Source: Podarcis bocagei (Eukaryota). Taken from it: 64,000 nucleotides of DNA. The stretch lies in NCBI GenBank assembly GCA_964188305.1, contig OZ076887.1. One strand, written 5' to 3'. The notes beneath the pieces were generated by a model that did no database searches, was not told the origin of the DNA, and worked only from the letters and a program-made list of their open reading frames with translations. This document shows positions 37,870-51,256 of this stretch, piece after piece (the first letter of the stretch is position 1; each line of letters opens with the position of its first letter). Position numbers and translations under genes: made by a program.

Positions 37870-38763
37870 GTGTAAGCTGTTGCCATCTGTGGCAAACTGT
37901 TATGAGTTTTATGACCTTTGTGAAGTGTGCTGTATTGTCTTATGTCAGAAGATGACATGGATTTCTAGGGCTATTATAGGATCCACAGTGCAAGGATTTG
38001 GCCAGGTTGCTTGCAGTGGTGAGGCCAACAATGTGTCCTCTTGATTATGGCTGGTAGAATGTAGTGGCAGGGGGTTGACTGAATTGGTTTGTGGGAGGGA
38101 GCTGTGCTCTCCACCTTGAAAGAGGCTATTCTTAAAAGAGTTTCTCCCTGGATCCAGAGGTTTTGGGGAAATACTTTCCGTTTTCTAATATTCATTTCCT
38201 GTGCAAGGTGATGGAGATTTACACAAATGAAATTATCCATTAACTACAGTATCCAAAATAGTTCATCCATTAATTATGCAGGTTGGATCCTAAGAATCTG
38301 GCAGAAATTAACTGAGCAATGGAAAGAGCAGAAACCGTCATGTTACTAGGAAGGAACCGACAAATAAAAATAGAAATAGCTGTTTGCCATGGGTATAATG
38401 ATAATTTAGGCCCCTTTGCAGCAGTACACATTGCCTCCTTGGTTTCTATTTCTTTCCGTTACGATAGCAGTGCACTTCACTCTCTTCTATCTTAAGCAAT
38501 AAGCAGGCAATTACTCAAATCTCAGAGGATAGTTAACATAGTTCCTGTTCGTTCCTGGTATCTAGAGTACAATTATAGATCATCTCTCTCCTGTTATTTT
38601 TCTTTTGCCCTCACTACTCATGCATGTGTAGGCCAGACTGTTGTCAGGTAGAGACTGAAATAATGTGTCTGTCTTCTTATTCTCCCAGTCATGTTCATTT
38701 TTCCTTTTCTATATTAAATTTCTTCCCTTTTCTTCTTGCTCTCTCTCTCCCTTCTCTCTCTGT

Positions 38764-38803
<40 letters not shown>

Positions 38804-40850
38804 TCCTAAAGATCATAACTAAGTAGACCTATTGGACTTAATAGACAAGAAACTTTAATTCCATTGATTTCAGTGGGTCTATTCTGAATTAGCTGACTAT
38901 CACCCTAAGTAAACAGAAACTGAAAATATCAGAACAAAGCCAGATTTTTAAAAATCTGCTGGTGTCAATGATTTACGTTGGCCAAATGAGCTTATTACTG
39001 CTCAAAGAGCCAGAGTCAAGCCTCTCAAAATAAAGTCTGCTTCACAGGAAGACCGTTGTTTTGAGAAGCACATTATACTATTTAGTATCTGTGATGCCAT
39101 AACACTTCTTCCTTTCAGAATAAAAGGTTTGGATTCCTTAAGTGGTTTGACTGGAACAAGCCCAGGGCAGGAAAATTACTCCAAGCCTTTAGAGTAATTT
39201 TACCATTAGGACATCACACTCCTGAGTTAGAAAATAAAGCAGAAAGTCTGAGACAAGGAAGACTGATTACTACAACAAAGTGCTACAAGTCGCACAAGAG
39301 GGGGAAATTAATAATGGACAAATGTCCACTTTTGTGAGCAAAAAGATACAGAAACTGATCATTCAGTTGCGGTCAACTATGGGAGAGATTTCCAGGCAAC
39401 CTGTTTATGAAGTGTCCAGGAAAAGAATTGATTTCAAGTTAATGGCTGGATACAGAATAGCAAAAGGACCTCTCTAGCATTGTAGAGGTGGCGTGTGAGT
39501 GTGTGATTTATGAGTGTGTTATGGGTTGTTATGCCATAGATGAAGAAATTCTGGCAGCTGTGTTGTTCCCTTAACAGATGTGCTAGAGCTAGTAGATGAG
39601 ATTGTGTGACAAGAGATTGTGCATGGCCTTGTGCTACCATGTATCTTGAGACCTTGTGCAAGACCTTAAGCAGGAGATTGCTTTCCACAGATGAAAGCAC
39701 CGTTCTTTTTCTACCACACAAGCTCTAAGGCTTGAGGTGATATGTGGAAGAAGCCTTAAGCCCCTATCTCAGTAATTATCTGAAAAAAGCCATTTGTAAT
39801 GTGTTACCACCATATGTTAGAACAAAGTATATCTGTCCTGTATAAGGATTTTAAGGATTAGATCCTTCTTTCAAAACAAACTAACTAACAAACTTTCCCA
39901 GAGCAGGCTAGTGTATAATAAGAATACTATCTGTACATTAAGAAGATTTGACCACTTAATCCTAAAGCTGGACATATACAAACCATCCCTTAGAAAACCT
40001 TGGCTGTTTTATGTGAAGGAGACCACCTATATATTGAAGCTCTTGCTTAATCATAGATTAATGAGCTAACGAAACTGTGTACCGGTAACTCACACAGAGA
40101 CTGAGTGGAGATAAGAATGAAAGCTTTGGATGATTTACATAAAACATTGCTGCTTTACAAAACATAGCATATGCCTTCCATCAATACGTTCTACCTTGAC
40201 ATGGGAAAATGTTTAAATTCATTTTTTTAACGCCTTACATTGGTTTATAACTTTTCACAAGATACCTGATTCACATTATATAATGTTGCTTCATATGACA
40301 CTAAAAATGAATCCCTGAAAATAGAAAAGCAGCATGTCAATGTATTCTAGTTTTCTGTGTGCAGGGAGTATTTGTGTTTGGGGGGGGGGGAGAGAATGAG
40401 AACCAACCTGCATCTGAAGTTGTACAGTCCATGCATAGGTTTACTGCCTAAGAGAGTACTAGATCATTCCCATTGACTATTTTTCAGTATATGTCTAGTG
40501 GATAATATTTGGTGTCAGGACTCTAGCCCAAATTAAAATAATAGTCTCTGTCCTGGATTCCTTACTCCTAATCTCAGATATGTAGATGCTCATAAACTAC
40601 AAAAGTAGAATAAAAGCCAATGATGTAGTTCTGGGCTGGGCAACCTTCACTCCTCCACTACAGTTCCCATCACCCATCATCCCTAGTCACTGGACATACT
40701 GAATGGGGCTGATGGGAGTTGGAGTTCAGTAATATATAGCTGGCCAAAACTCCCACAGCCATGGTGTAGTAGTAAATTTTGAAGTGCAGGGGTTCCTCAT
40801 GATAGCCCCCAAGGACAGTGAAAAAATGCAGGCTGCTGTGTTTATCCATT

Positions 40851-40881
<31 letters not shown>

Positions 40882-41602
40882 ACAAAATACAAAATGGAGG
40901 ATAAGACTATCAGTGGCTACTAGGCCCAATGGCTATGCTCTACCATCACTACTGGAGACTGAATACTGTCTCTAAATACCTCATCACAAATGCTAGTTAT
41001 TATTTTTTACCTGCTTATTAGCATTAAGCTGTCGATTATTGACATGATTAATATCATTCAATATGCAGATCAAATAGAGACCAATGTCATATTATACATA
41101 TTTTTAAAAGAATATAATTTGGTTCACATTGCTCTTTTGTCCTCTCTTCATCTGATCTAGGTATGAAGAGATAGTATTGTTTTCTCAAATGTGCCCAGTT
41201 TTTAGTTCATTTAAGAATTCATCGGGGAGGAGCCAGCCTTCTCAAATAGCTTCTCAAATTTTATTGCTGTATCCTCCCCTAGGATCTTTATGATCAAGGG
41301 CAGGTGAAAGATAGAACTATTTAAATTAATAAAATTTCAGAAACAGCAGAGAATATCCCAAGAAACACATTGAAAAAGGGCTGTGTACACACATTTCCAT
41401 CCTCCCCCAATAAATTATAGGTTGTGTCCAGTGCTGGTCATACCCAAAGGAGACCCACTGAAAGTAATGGACATGGGTAACTTAGGCCCATAATCTCAAC
41501 GTGTCTACCCTGAATATAAATTGCTTGACTACCACCCAACAGATGATATCGGGTGTTAGTCATACTCAGAGTAGATCCACTGAAATCAATGGACATAAGT
41601 AA

Positions 41603-42028
41603 GGCTCAGAAAAGGGCAACCAAGATTATCAAGGGGATGGGGTTACTCCCCTATGAGCAGAGGTTGCAGTATTTGGGACTTTCTCTAAACTAAAAAGTGA
41701 GCAAGAGGGACATTGTAGAGGTATATAATGTTATGCATGGCGTAGGGAAAGTGGATAGAGATTAGGGTTATCCCTCTCTCATGACACTAGAAGACATGGA
41801 CAGCCAATGAAGCTTAATGATGACATATTCAGGACAGAAAAAAGGAAATACTTCTCCATGCATAGTATAGTTAAACTTTGGCATTCTCTCCAATAAGAGG
41901 TAGTGATGGCCACCAAGTTGGAGGACTTTAAAAGAGGAGAGAGAAAAATCAGGATTGGAGGATAAAGCTATCGCTGGCTCCTAGGCATGCTGGCTGTGCC
42001 CGATCCAGGAGACTCTTATTATGTTCTC
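41603..42028 (+). mobile_element. CR1 LINE ORF2 end plus 3' UTR
   Basis: QKRATKIIKGMGLLPYEQRLQYLGL..DIVEVYNVMHGVGKVDR, followed by the CR1 UTR ending gatccagg..ttatgttct. Confidence 0.85.
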
Positions 42029-42748
42029 TCTGATGCAAACTGTTCTTATTTACTCTGCACAAATATCAAGTCCTGTGTGCACACTAACATTTTCAAAAGG
42101 CATTCATAAATCCTTTTACAAACAGTAATTTACCATGGACAGGAATGAGAAGATAAAAGGAATGGCCCTGGCAAATAGATTCAACTGGAGCATATGCTGG
42201 TAAGATGACCAAAAAAAAGTGTGCATATAATGATCAATGATAGTTTTATCATGGCACCTTCAGTTCTTTTAAAAAAACAAAACAAAACCCTATCTTCCAT
42301 CTTCAGGCTTAGCCAATGTTCTGCTAGCATAAATACAGTGAGCTACTGGAGCTGCAAGCTTGGAACAGCCCAGTCAGCCTTGAACTCTTCTATTATGCTT
42401 CAGGATGTGTTTTAAGGACAAGTCCTTAATTACATTTTATCAGTAGATAGCTGTAGTACTTGTATGTTCCATTGTTAAAATAAGCTCTTTGCAACCTGCC
42501 CTGAATGTGCCAGTTATTGTATGACAGCACTTGAGTGATGAATCTGCAGTCTATTTCAGATTGTTAAACACCACACACACACATTTGTCACATTGGAGAG
42601 CTTCAAAAATAATAGGCTGTATGTTGGATCTCCACAAAATATGGTGTTTTGAGACAGTAGTGGATGTGTTGGTGTGGAGCAGTAGTGGAAGGAGGCTGGA
42701 ACAGGAGAGTATCTTAGAGGGAGAAGAAGAAAAAGGAATCCTAATGAG

Positions 42749-43608
42749 TGTCATGAACTGGCAGGATGACGGAGATGGGGAAGATGAAGAGGATACCAGC
42801 GAGGGTGTAGCCAGGACTGGGACACACTGGGGCAAGCAGAGGATGGGGAAGGAAATACAGGGTGATGGAGGATGGCAATGGGATGGAGGTCAATGCAGTG
42901 GCGTAGCGTGGGTTGTCAGCACCCGGGGCAAGGCAAGTAATTTGCGCCCCCTAACCCGTGGATTTGCGCCCCCTAACCCGTGGATTTGCGCCCCCTAACC
43001 CTAACCCCCAGATGTTGCGCCCGGTGTGGCCGGCCCCCCCTGCACCCCCCACGCTACGCCACTGGGTCAATGCATGGGGACCAGAGCAGCAGGACCCATC
43101 ACCAGAGGATCCCCTGTCCCTATGAACACTGCAGGCTCTGAAGCATAGGGAGCAGTGGGAGGGGTGCTCTAGGAGACTGAGGCAAACAAGGGCCCACATC
43201 CCAACTCCCTAGCTAGCCAGGTAGTACTCACTAACTCTGTAGGGGGAAGTGATTCCTCAGCTGGAGTAGACTTGGAACAGGTGAGGGTCACATGCCTCAT
43301 CAAGCCCAGATGCTGCAATCAGCATGTAATGTACAAAAGGGAAGCAGAGCTGAGGTGCTGTGTCTGCTCAACTACCCATGTTGGTGGACCTCAGCTTGGA
43401 TGTTCCTGGACCTCTATGAGATTGTACTTTGGGTTTGACACTGGAATATATTCTTACTGCTAGACTTCAGACTTGGCTACTTGGTTTGACTTTTGACTGC
43501 ATTTCTTGGATTTTGGTCTTGGGACTTGCTTGTGTGGCTTGACCCCCAGACTTTGGACTTTGGACATGATGTACTACTTGCTTCCAAGTTGGCCAGGGGT
43601 TCAGGACA
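42749..43608 (+). mobile_element. Older solo LTR (Gypsy-type), interrupted by a MITE
   Basis: Termini TGTCATGAAC...GTTCAGGACA (9/10 inverted match). Perfect 5-bp TSD atgag (42744-42748 and 43609-43613). TATA-like tacaaaag at ~43332. ttggact-rich 3' part. Confidence 0.8.
42896..43064. mobile_element. hAT MITE (169 bp), young
   Basis: Perfect 17-bp TIR CAGTGGCGTAGCGTGGG. Perfect 8-bp TSD ggtcaatg (42888-42895 and 43065-43072). Internal 22-bp tandem atttgcgccccctaacccgtgg. Confidence 0.95.
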
Positions 43609-44390
43609 ATGAGCAGGAGCAGACTTTCTAGAGGATGTGTAGTACTTATCTTCTGTGCCAGTTGCTTAATTGCATCTCTGCCAATTCACTTTTCCTTGCA
43701 GGATGATGAAGTTGAAGGAGGCTACTTCAGAAATGGATAAACTAAAACAATGTTGCACATTTATTACAAGCCAATGTTTACATTATAAGAAGCCTGTGTT
43801 TTCATTTGGCCCAGAACATAGGAAATGGAACCAGTAACACAATTCATTTCCAAAGTTCATGGATATTATTTACATAGTGAAGAGGGTTACTCTGGAGCAG
43901 AACAGATGATGCAGGCTGAACCATTAGCTCAGATTCATGGGAAACAACGTTATTTCATGGATGAGACACAGAGATCCTCTTGGTTGTTGTTTTTTAAAGT
44001 GCAGCTTCTTTAAATTAAGGTGTTAAAGTATCTGTGGGTAAAATGGGCATAAGAAATTATACTCTTTTGTTTTTGCCATTTACAAGAGCTCCATGCCATA
44101 TCCTGGTTTCTCCCAAAAGGAGATTATGGGATACAGAAAGAAGGAAAGTATCCCACTGTCTTTCAGACTGCACATAATTCATCTGCATTTGCTGCCAGTT
44201 TTATAATCCATTAACTCTCCTTGCCCGTTTTATCTTTACAAGGACTGTTTCAGATAGTTAGGTTGAGAGACAGTGGCTGACCCAAGGCCATCAGCAAAGA
44301 TTCATTTTTGAGGGTGCAACTAGAGGGGATTGTGAGAGATCTGGGATTTGGTCTCCTACTGTTTTAAAAGCTTGCTAGAGGACTGTGACA

Positions 44391-44748
44391 GGGACGCGGG
44401 TGGCGCTGTGGGTTAAACCACTGAGCCTAGGGCTTGCCAATCAGAAGGTCAGCAGTTCAAATCCCCACGACGGGGTGAGCTCCCGTTGCTCGGTCCCTGC
44501 TCCTGCTAACCTAGCAGTTTGAAAGCACGTCAAAGTGCAATTAGATAAATAGGTACCGCTCCGGCTCGAAGGTAAACGGCATTTCCGTGCGCTGCTCTGG
44601 TTCGCCAGAAGTGGCTTAGTCATGCTGGCCACATGACCCGGAAGCTGTATGCCGGCTCCCTCGGCCAGTAAAGCGAGATGAGCGCCGCAACCCCAGAGTC
44701 AGCCACGACTGGACCTAATGGTCAGGGGACCTAATGGTCACACTCCTT
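44391..44748 (+). mobile_element. Full-length Sauria SINE
   Basis: Head gggacgcgggtggcgctgtggg and a diagnostic body. TSD-like tagagga(c/g)tgtga at 44376-44388 and 44749-44761. Confidence 0.95.
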
Positions 44749-47125
44749 TAGAGGAGTGTGAGGGGAGGGATTTGGATTGGGACTGTTGTCAGAGTGGGTT
44801 ATTCCTTTCCCTTTGTGCATAAAAATAACCCCTAACCTGAATCTCTCATTCAGCCTGATCGCAAGAGAGTTGATTGTGTGTACAGGGCCATGTGCGCATG
44901 TGCTGCTCTCCTCATCCTCTGTGCTGAGCACACCCCTTCCACCCCTTCCACCCCATCCTTTGTGTGTTCCGCACAAAGTTCTGTAGGGGCTTCTAGCCAT
45001 ATTCATATTAGAAGCCCTCTTTGGACTCTTGCACTAAAGACAAGGAATGGAGGGAAGCACTGAGTTCAAGGGTGGCCTACATGTATCTTTACATGATCAA
45101 GCTGAATGCTTGAATAGGGCTTAAGTCTACTGCGCCACTGAACTTCCGGGGGGAGGATACTCCTAGACTTTATCATCTATTTTTAGATAGACTTGTTTCT
45201 TTCCACAAAGGCAAAGCACATTGTAATCAAGATGATGTCAACCTGCTCACACCTATGGATGTTGACCTACTATAGATCTAAAAATAGTTCCTTAATTTCA
45301 AGTAGTAATAATATATTTGACTACAATTTGGGAAATCATATAAACACACACACATACAAACACACACACACACCAGTTATGTTGAAAAGCAAGGTTTTAA
45401 TACAATACGCAAAAGTAATTTATTTGGATTATGTAAGACTGAAACGTAAGTAGTGTCATTAATTCTTAGGCAGTTTAGGTGTAAGCCATGTGTTGTTAAA
45501 ATCAGTGCTGTACCTCATACTGATTTAATGGTTTCAAATTGTACCTTTTGCTTTGATAGTTTATAACACTAAAGCTGGGGTAGTGGTGGGGGGCAGAATC
45601 CAATGAGACCACTAGGAATTAGGAAGCAGACCCAAGCACAAACATAAAATTAAGAAGCAATCTTGGTGTTAAGACTTGTAGTTTATTCTTTTTTTTTTTT
45701 AACCCACCAATATTTTACTACTTTCCAAAAGAAAGTATGCTAGTAAATTTCCAAGCATCTGCTTAAAAGGTTTTCTGGGAGGGCTTTGAAATGTTCATCT
45801 CATAAAAACATACTGATTAACCTGAACAGCAAAAGTATTCTTTGCTGTTTTTGTGGCAAGAAATGGGGTCGGGGGGTTCATGTTGGTGGGAAGAATTCAT
45901 GTTTGTGTGAGTTTTTAATTAACTAGGGTTGCAGTCCTGTGTGCACTTGCAGTAAACTTGGGTATACACACGTCCATCAAGTGCTTCTGAATCCAGAAAC
46001 AAGGCAGATTATTTCAGTGCTTCTTTTCAAATGAACCCAAGTGCAACACTTTCTCTCACTGTGAGCCCAAGTTCAAGGGATTATGGGTTTTAAATAAGAA
46101 ATGTGTGCACATTGTCTTTATCAAAAGGAGTCCATTACCGCTTGCTATTAGCAGACTAGATAGACCTCTTAAGGGCAGGCAAATCATACAATGTTCTTAA
46201 GGCCAAGCTTATTTTTATTTCATTATAATTATTCTACCACTTGATTGTAAGAAACAATCTCAAAACACAAATGAATATTCTGTGGAATATTTTATATGGT
46301 TACTGAATTTTGTAGTGCATTGTTATTTCCTTATTAGTCCAATGTTTGATTATTTGAACAACTCCCAGTTTGTATGTCAGTCACATGAGAAGAGCTGACA
46401 TATAAAATTAAGCTGCCATGTTGAATCTGTCTACATCATTTTGTGCCTATCAAAGCAGGGAGGTGCCATGCAGAAATAACCCATTGCTACCGTCACCCCA
46501 ATCTTTGCTGATATTTAGGAATTGCTATCAACCTGACGAAGAGAGGGAGATTCCCTGATACTAGAACTGTCAGTCCAGGACAATTCCAAAAGTTTCACTA
46601 TATTCCAAAAGAATGGCCTCTTGTGCTTTAGGGGCCAGGAAAATGCAGAGAATTGTCTAAGTTGAGCATGGATTGGTTAAAACAACTTTAGAATTGATAA
46701 GTACTATAGGAGCAAGTACCTACCAAAATATTTCATGGTCCAGTGACTAGATCTAACTGTGGGTGGAGAGGTAAAGAGAAACAGTCCTGAGTCCTAAGTA
46801 AACATTTGGGCTGAAACTAAGTCTCAGCTAAAAGAGCCCCCTGCTTTTCTAGAGCGAGCAATATCCGGTGGACATAAAATGAATTTTTGTGTTTGGGTAA
46901 ATTTCTTAATACTGTTTTGGGGGAGTAGGCTGCTTAGAGGGTTATCTGATTAGTGCAAGGTGGCAGAGGCCAGCAATAGGTCTGCTTTTCGGTAACTTGT
47001 AAAATCAAAAAGCTTCATTGCTGCTTCCAGGGGTCGTAAACCTGTGGATCCAATGGGAATGTTGCCATACCAGTATTGATATGTTATACTTTGCTGTTAT
47101 GTTGCACTTCGGAGAGTTTCCATTA

Positions 47126-47375
47126 CAGTCATACCTTGAAAGTCGAACGGAATCTGTTCCGAAAGTCCGTTCGACTTCCAAAATATTCAGAAACCAAAGC
47201 ATGGCTTCTGATTCGCTGCAAAAAGCTTCTGCAGCCCATCATAAGCCACAGAAACCCCATTGGATGTTCAGCTTCCCAAAATAGTTTGCAAACTGAAACA
47301 GTCACTTCCACGTTTGCGGCGTTCGGGAGCCAAAACATTTGAGAACTAAGCTGTTTGAAAACCAAGGTATGACTG
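47126..47375. mobile_element. Tc1/mariner-superfamily MITE (250 bp)
   Basis: TA|CAGTCATACCTTG...CAAGGTATGACTG|TA, a perfect 13-bp TIR. Confidence 0.9.
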
Positions 47376-48387
47376 TAGTTCAATGGTCTTGGTGGAATAA
47401 AATGGACCTAAATCAAAGAATTTGTAGATAAAGTAGAATCTACAACTATATTCCATAGAAACATTAGGCTAAAGCATATACAGCTGAATAGGAAACAATG
47501 TAAAATCAAGCATGCAAAATCAAGCATGCACAGATGTAGCTTTGCTGAATTTCCATGCATAAACTAGATGCCATCGCTTTAAGAATAAGAATTACCTAAT
47601 CTGTGCCTTCTTTTTCTTTGCATTTCCCTTTTATTCTCTAGAATGACAAGAAGTTGGAAGCTTCGGCCCATCTAATCACAAAATGTGCCTTTCACTTTGA
47701 CTGCTATCCCAAACGTTCTTGGAGGTTTATGACTTTTTGGCCCTATTCCAATAGTACAAGACTATAAATTACATGCTATTTTTAATGTGCACAAAATAAT
47801 GTTTTATAATTAACCATTAGGCATTTAAATCTTTGCAAGGTAGGAGATACCTACAGGCTAATCTGTAAAATGATTTTATAACCAACTTCACAAGCAGATG
47901 TGACCTTCTGTACTGTTCAATGATAAGTATCTTGATACTATGGGTGAAATCTGGTGCTGCTGTTCTGCTCATTGAATAGCTTTCGATCCCATGGAAGTGC
48001 CTGCTAACATAAGCAAGTTCCACAAATTCCTCTCGCTCTGAATGCCCCCCTTGCCCTCTTCCATCCTGGGGTTTTTTTGGGGGGGGAGGGAGGAAGGCTC
48101 CCAGTCTTCAAGGGGATCAGCAAAAATCACCTATCTTCTCTTACATTAATGAATGATGCTGCCGGAATACAAACAATAACAGTTGGATGGCAACAGATTC
48201 ACTCATTGGCTTTCTACATGCAGTACCCAAGCTAGTGATGGTTAGGATTACACCTTACATGTATTAATTAGCCCACAACAACATATGAATAATTCAAGTT
48301 GGTCAGCAAGGGGCTGTAAGGTATTTCTTCATGTCCTTGTGGGTTTCTTGTCTCACTATAATATTCCCTGGGTAAAAGCAGAAAAGA

Positions 48388-48794
48388 ACCATAAAGAAGG
48401 CTGATCGCTGAAGAATTGATGCTTTTGAATTATGGTGCTGGAGGAGACTCTTGAGAGTCCCATGGACTGCAAGAAGATCAAACGCATCCATTCTTAAGGA
48501 AATTAGCCCTGAGTGCTCACTGGAAGGACAGATCGTGAAGCTGAGGCTCCAATACATTGGCCACCTCATGAGAAGAGAAGACTTCCTGGAAAAGACCCTG
48601 ATGTTGGGAAAGGTTGAGGGCACAAGGAGAAGGGTTCGACAGAGGACGAGATGGTTGGACAGTGTTCTCGAAGCTACAAACATGAGTCTGACCAAACTGC
48701 GGGAGGCAGTGGAAGACAGGAGGGCCTGGCGTGCTCTGGTCCATGGGGTCACGAAGAGTCAGACACGACTAAACGACTAAACAAAAACAACAAC
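48388..48794 (+). mobile_element. Bov-B (RTE) LINE 3' fragment
   Basis: IDAFELWCWRRLLRVPWTARRSNASILKEISPECSLEGQIVKLRLQYIGHLMRR..WRALVHGVTKSQTRLND. Tail gactaaacaaaaacaacaac. TSD aaaagcagaaa at 48374-48384 and 48795-48805. Confidence 0.95.
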
Positions 48795-48807
48795 AAAAGC
48801 AGAAAGA

Positions 48808-49020
48808 GATTAGACAGATTCCCGGAGGGTGAGCCAAATGGCTGCTTGTCGTGGTGGCTATGTGCTACTTCCACTATTGGAAAGTGCAGTTGCTTAGGAT
48901 CGTGCTCAGGAAAGTCTTGCTTGTCCTGCTTCCAGGCTTTTCACAGGCATCTGTTTAGCTACTAGGAAAACAGGATTCTGGAGTGGATGGTCCTTTAGCG
49001 TGATCAAGCAGGACTCTCCT
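48808..49020 (+). mobile_element. CR1 3' UTR remnant (host of the Bov-B insertion)
   Basis: gattagacagattc..caggcatctgtttagctact..gatggtcc..tgatcaagcagg. Confidence 0.65.
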
Positions 49021-49466
49021 TGCATTTGCATGTTCTTGCCGTTGTCATTTATCCCAAACTCTGTTGTTGTGTATGTGCAAATGTGGTGACAAAAGGGATA
49101 TAGAAACAAAACTATGAATATGGAATGGGTAGATGATCTTTGCCCTTTTCTTGGTAGTTGCTGCTGCTGCTTCCTCTCCCGCCTCCTGATTCTGCTTTTA
49201 ACCAGGCTGTCACTTTGTAGAAGGATTTTAGGAAAAGTGCCAGAGCTGTGTTGCTTGGCTCATTCTATCAGCCAAGGTCATTGTCCTTAAGGCACAGGAA
49301 AAGATAAAAAAAAATTATCCAGTGCTATATAAATGGTCCAAACCACCAGTTAAAAGGCTTACTTCCTTTACTGGATTCTGTCAGTCTTTACAAGCTTAAC
49401 ACAGCTGCCAAGCTATATTTGTCCCACATCTCTGTGTGCTTAAAGCTTCACACATTTCACCTTCTG

Positions 49467-49468
<2 letters not shown>

Positions 49469-49510
<42 letters not shown>
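49469..49510. repeat. (AC)21 microsatellite
   Basis: Perfect run. Other CA/TG runs lie at ~38764-38803 and ~40851-40871. Confidence 0.98.
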
Positions 49511-49512
<2 letters not shown>

Positions 49513-50842
49513 CTACATGTTTATCTTTATATCCTCAAGCTTCTTAGTCTTTATCTCATCTGGAATCAAGGACTTAATCCAGTTTAGTAGTGACAAGGAT
49601 CCTGAGGATATAACCAAAAGATTATAGGGCAAGAGAAGAACCTAATCACAGAGGCAATTTTGCAGTAAATAAGGCAGGAAAGTACGGAATCCAGACAATT
49701 GCTCCAGGATTGATAGATCCAAATCTCTCTTTTTCCCCCCATATCACAAACAAAGGAATTACAGCGCATCCGCATTATGATGACAGGTTTGGCACCAGAG
49801 GTTATTCTGTTTTGATTTAAAGTGAAAATGTTTCATTGGCCTACAGTAGGGTGGCTGACCTAAATCAAATCTAATTGTATGCACTTAGAACAGCTCGGGT
49901 CTAAATTATCTATGCTGCAGTGCACCAAAAGGCATTTAAAAATGGGTCAGAAGCATTTAGTCGCATTTGCCAGCATTTGTGAACTGCCATTTGCATGTAA
50001 AGCATTACTGCACCAAATATCAGACAATTGCAGCTTTAAGAAACAAGACGGCAGGAAAAGAGAAGCTCCTTTCTGTGAGGCATTCACTTTGGTGCTGTTA
50101 AATTGGGCTGAAAAACTCAGACCCCCAATGACAATGTGAGACAAGGAGCTAGTGATTTCCTGTACGGCTCTTGTTTGCCATTGTTGGTGTTTTATTTAAT
50201 AATAGCTCACAAGTGTATTAGGCACTTGAATTAATCCACTATCAACACAGGGCAGGGATTTTATGCTGTAGAATGATTTCATTAGTGGAGTTAATTCCAA
50301 ATAGCTTTCAAACTTTCAAGAGAGAGAGATTACTAATGTCTTATTGCCTATGGTAAAGTGTGTTTTATTCATACTTTACCATAGTGTATGCTGTTTTGTA
50401 CACATTACTTGGCTGGAGAACTGCATTGCAAAACTCAGAAGTGTGAATTTTATGGAAATCAGAGTTTAGGTTTGTGTATTGTCTCCAAAAGTACAAATGA
50501 GATATTCACCTTTAAATGCAAACTGATTTGATTTCTTCCCCGTCCCTTTAAATATCTGATCCATCATGGAGTTGTTTGATCTGCATTTTGGCTCCTGGAC
50601 TGTCCTGTGCAAAATGAAGCTCTGCTTTTCCTCATTTCAGTGAAATCTTGATTGTTTTTGTGCTCATTTTAAAGAATTCTTGTTTATTAATAAGTTTGCA
50701 TATACAGCATTTGGAAAACACCTACTAGTATACACAGAAAAGCAAGAAGAGGAAAACTGTAACACAAGAGGAAAGAAAACAAAAGGGTGAGGGATACAGA
50801 AATATGATGTTTAAGACAAACACGACAAGCAGTGCAGAGCAC

Positions 50843-51046
50843 AAATTCATAGCTATCAATGGCTGTGTTCTACTTTCAGAGACAGTATGCCTTTGAATAT
50901 TTGTGGCTGGGAATTCCATGCAGGGAGTGTTTTTCTACTCAGGTCCTGCTTGTGGACTCCCCATAGGCATCTGGTTTGCCAATGTGAGGACATGATGCTT
51001 GCCTAGATACGCCTTTGATCTGATCCAGCAGGCTCTTTTAGGTTCT
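50843..51046 (+). mobile_element. CR1 3' UTR remnant
   Basis: gctatcaatggct..cataggcatctggtttgcc..tgatctgatccagcaggctc. Confidence 0.7.
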
Positions 51047-51069
51047 AAATGCAAAACATATTTGGCCCG

Positions 51070-51256
51070 TATGAAGTTGCCTTATATTGGCTAAGTCTGA
51101 CCATTGAACCATATATCTCAGTGCTGCCTTGCATCAGATTTCAATGGTGTCTTATAGAGATCTTTCCCAGCTCTCGGTCCTAAGCTGGAAATGTGTGATA
51201 TTGAACCTGGGATCCTCTGCATGCAATGTATGTGCTCTTGCACAGTGCTTAGCCCC
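51070..51256 (-). mobile_element. Squam3-like tRNA-derived SINE, degenerate
   Basis: attgaacctgggatcctctgcatgcaa (reverse complement of the head) and gttgccttata..gaccattg (reverse complement of the tail). Confidence 0.65.

Noticed and set aside
48303-48965. Several overlapping 75-149-aa ORFs as genes
   Set aside because: All derive from the 5'-truncated Bov-B fragment and its antisense frames.
50348-50384. 12-bp hairpin ctatggtaaagt/actttaccatag
   Set aside because: It is short and borders an old repeat, so it is probably a palindromic MITE remnant.
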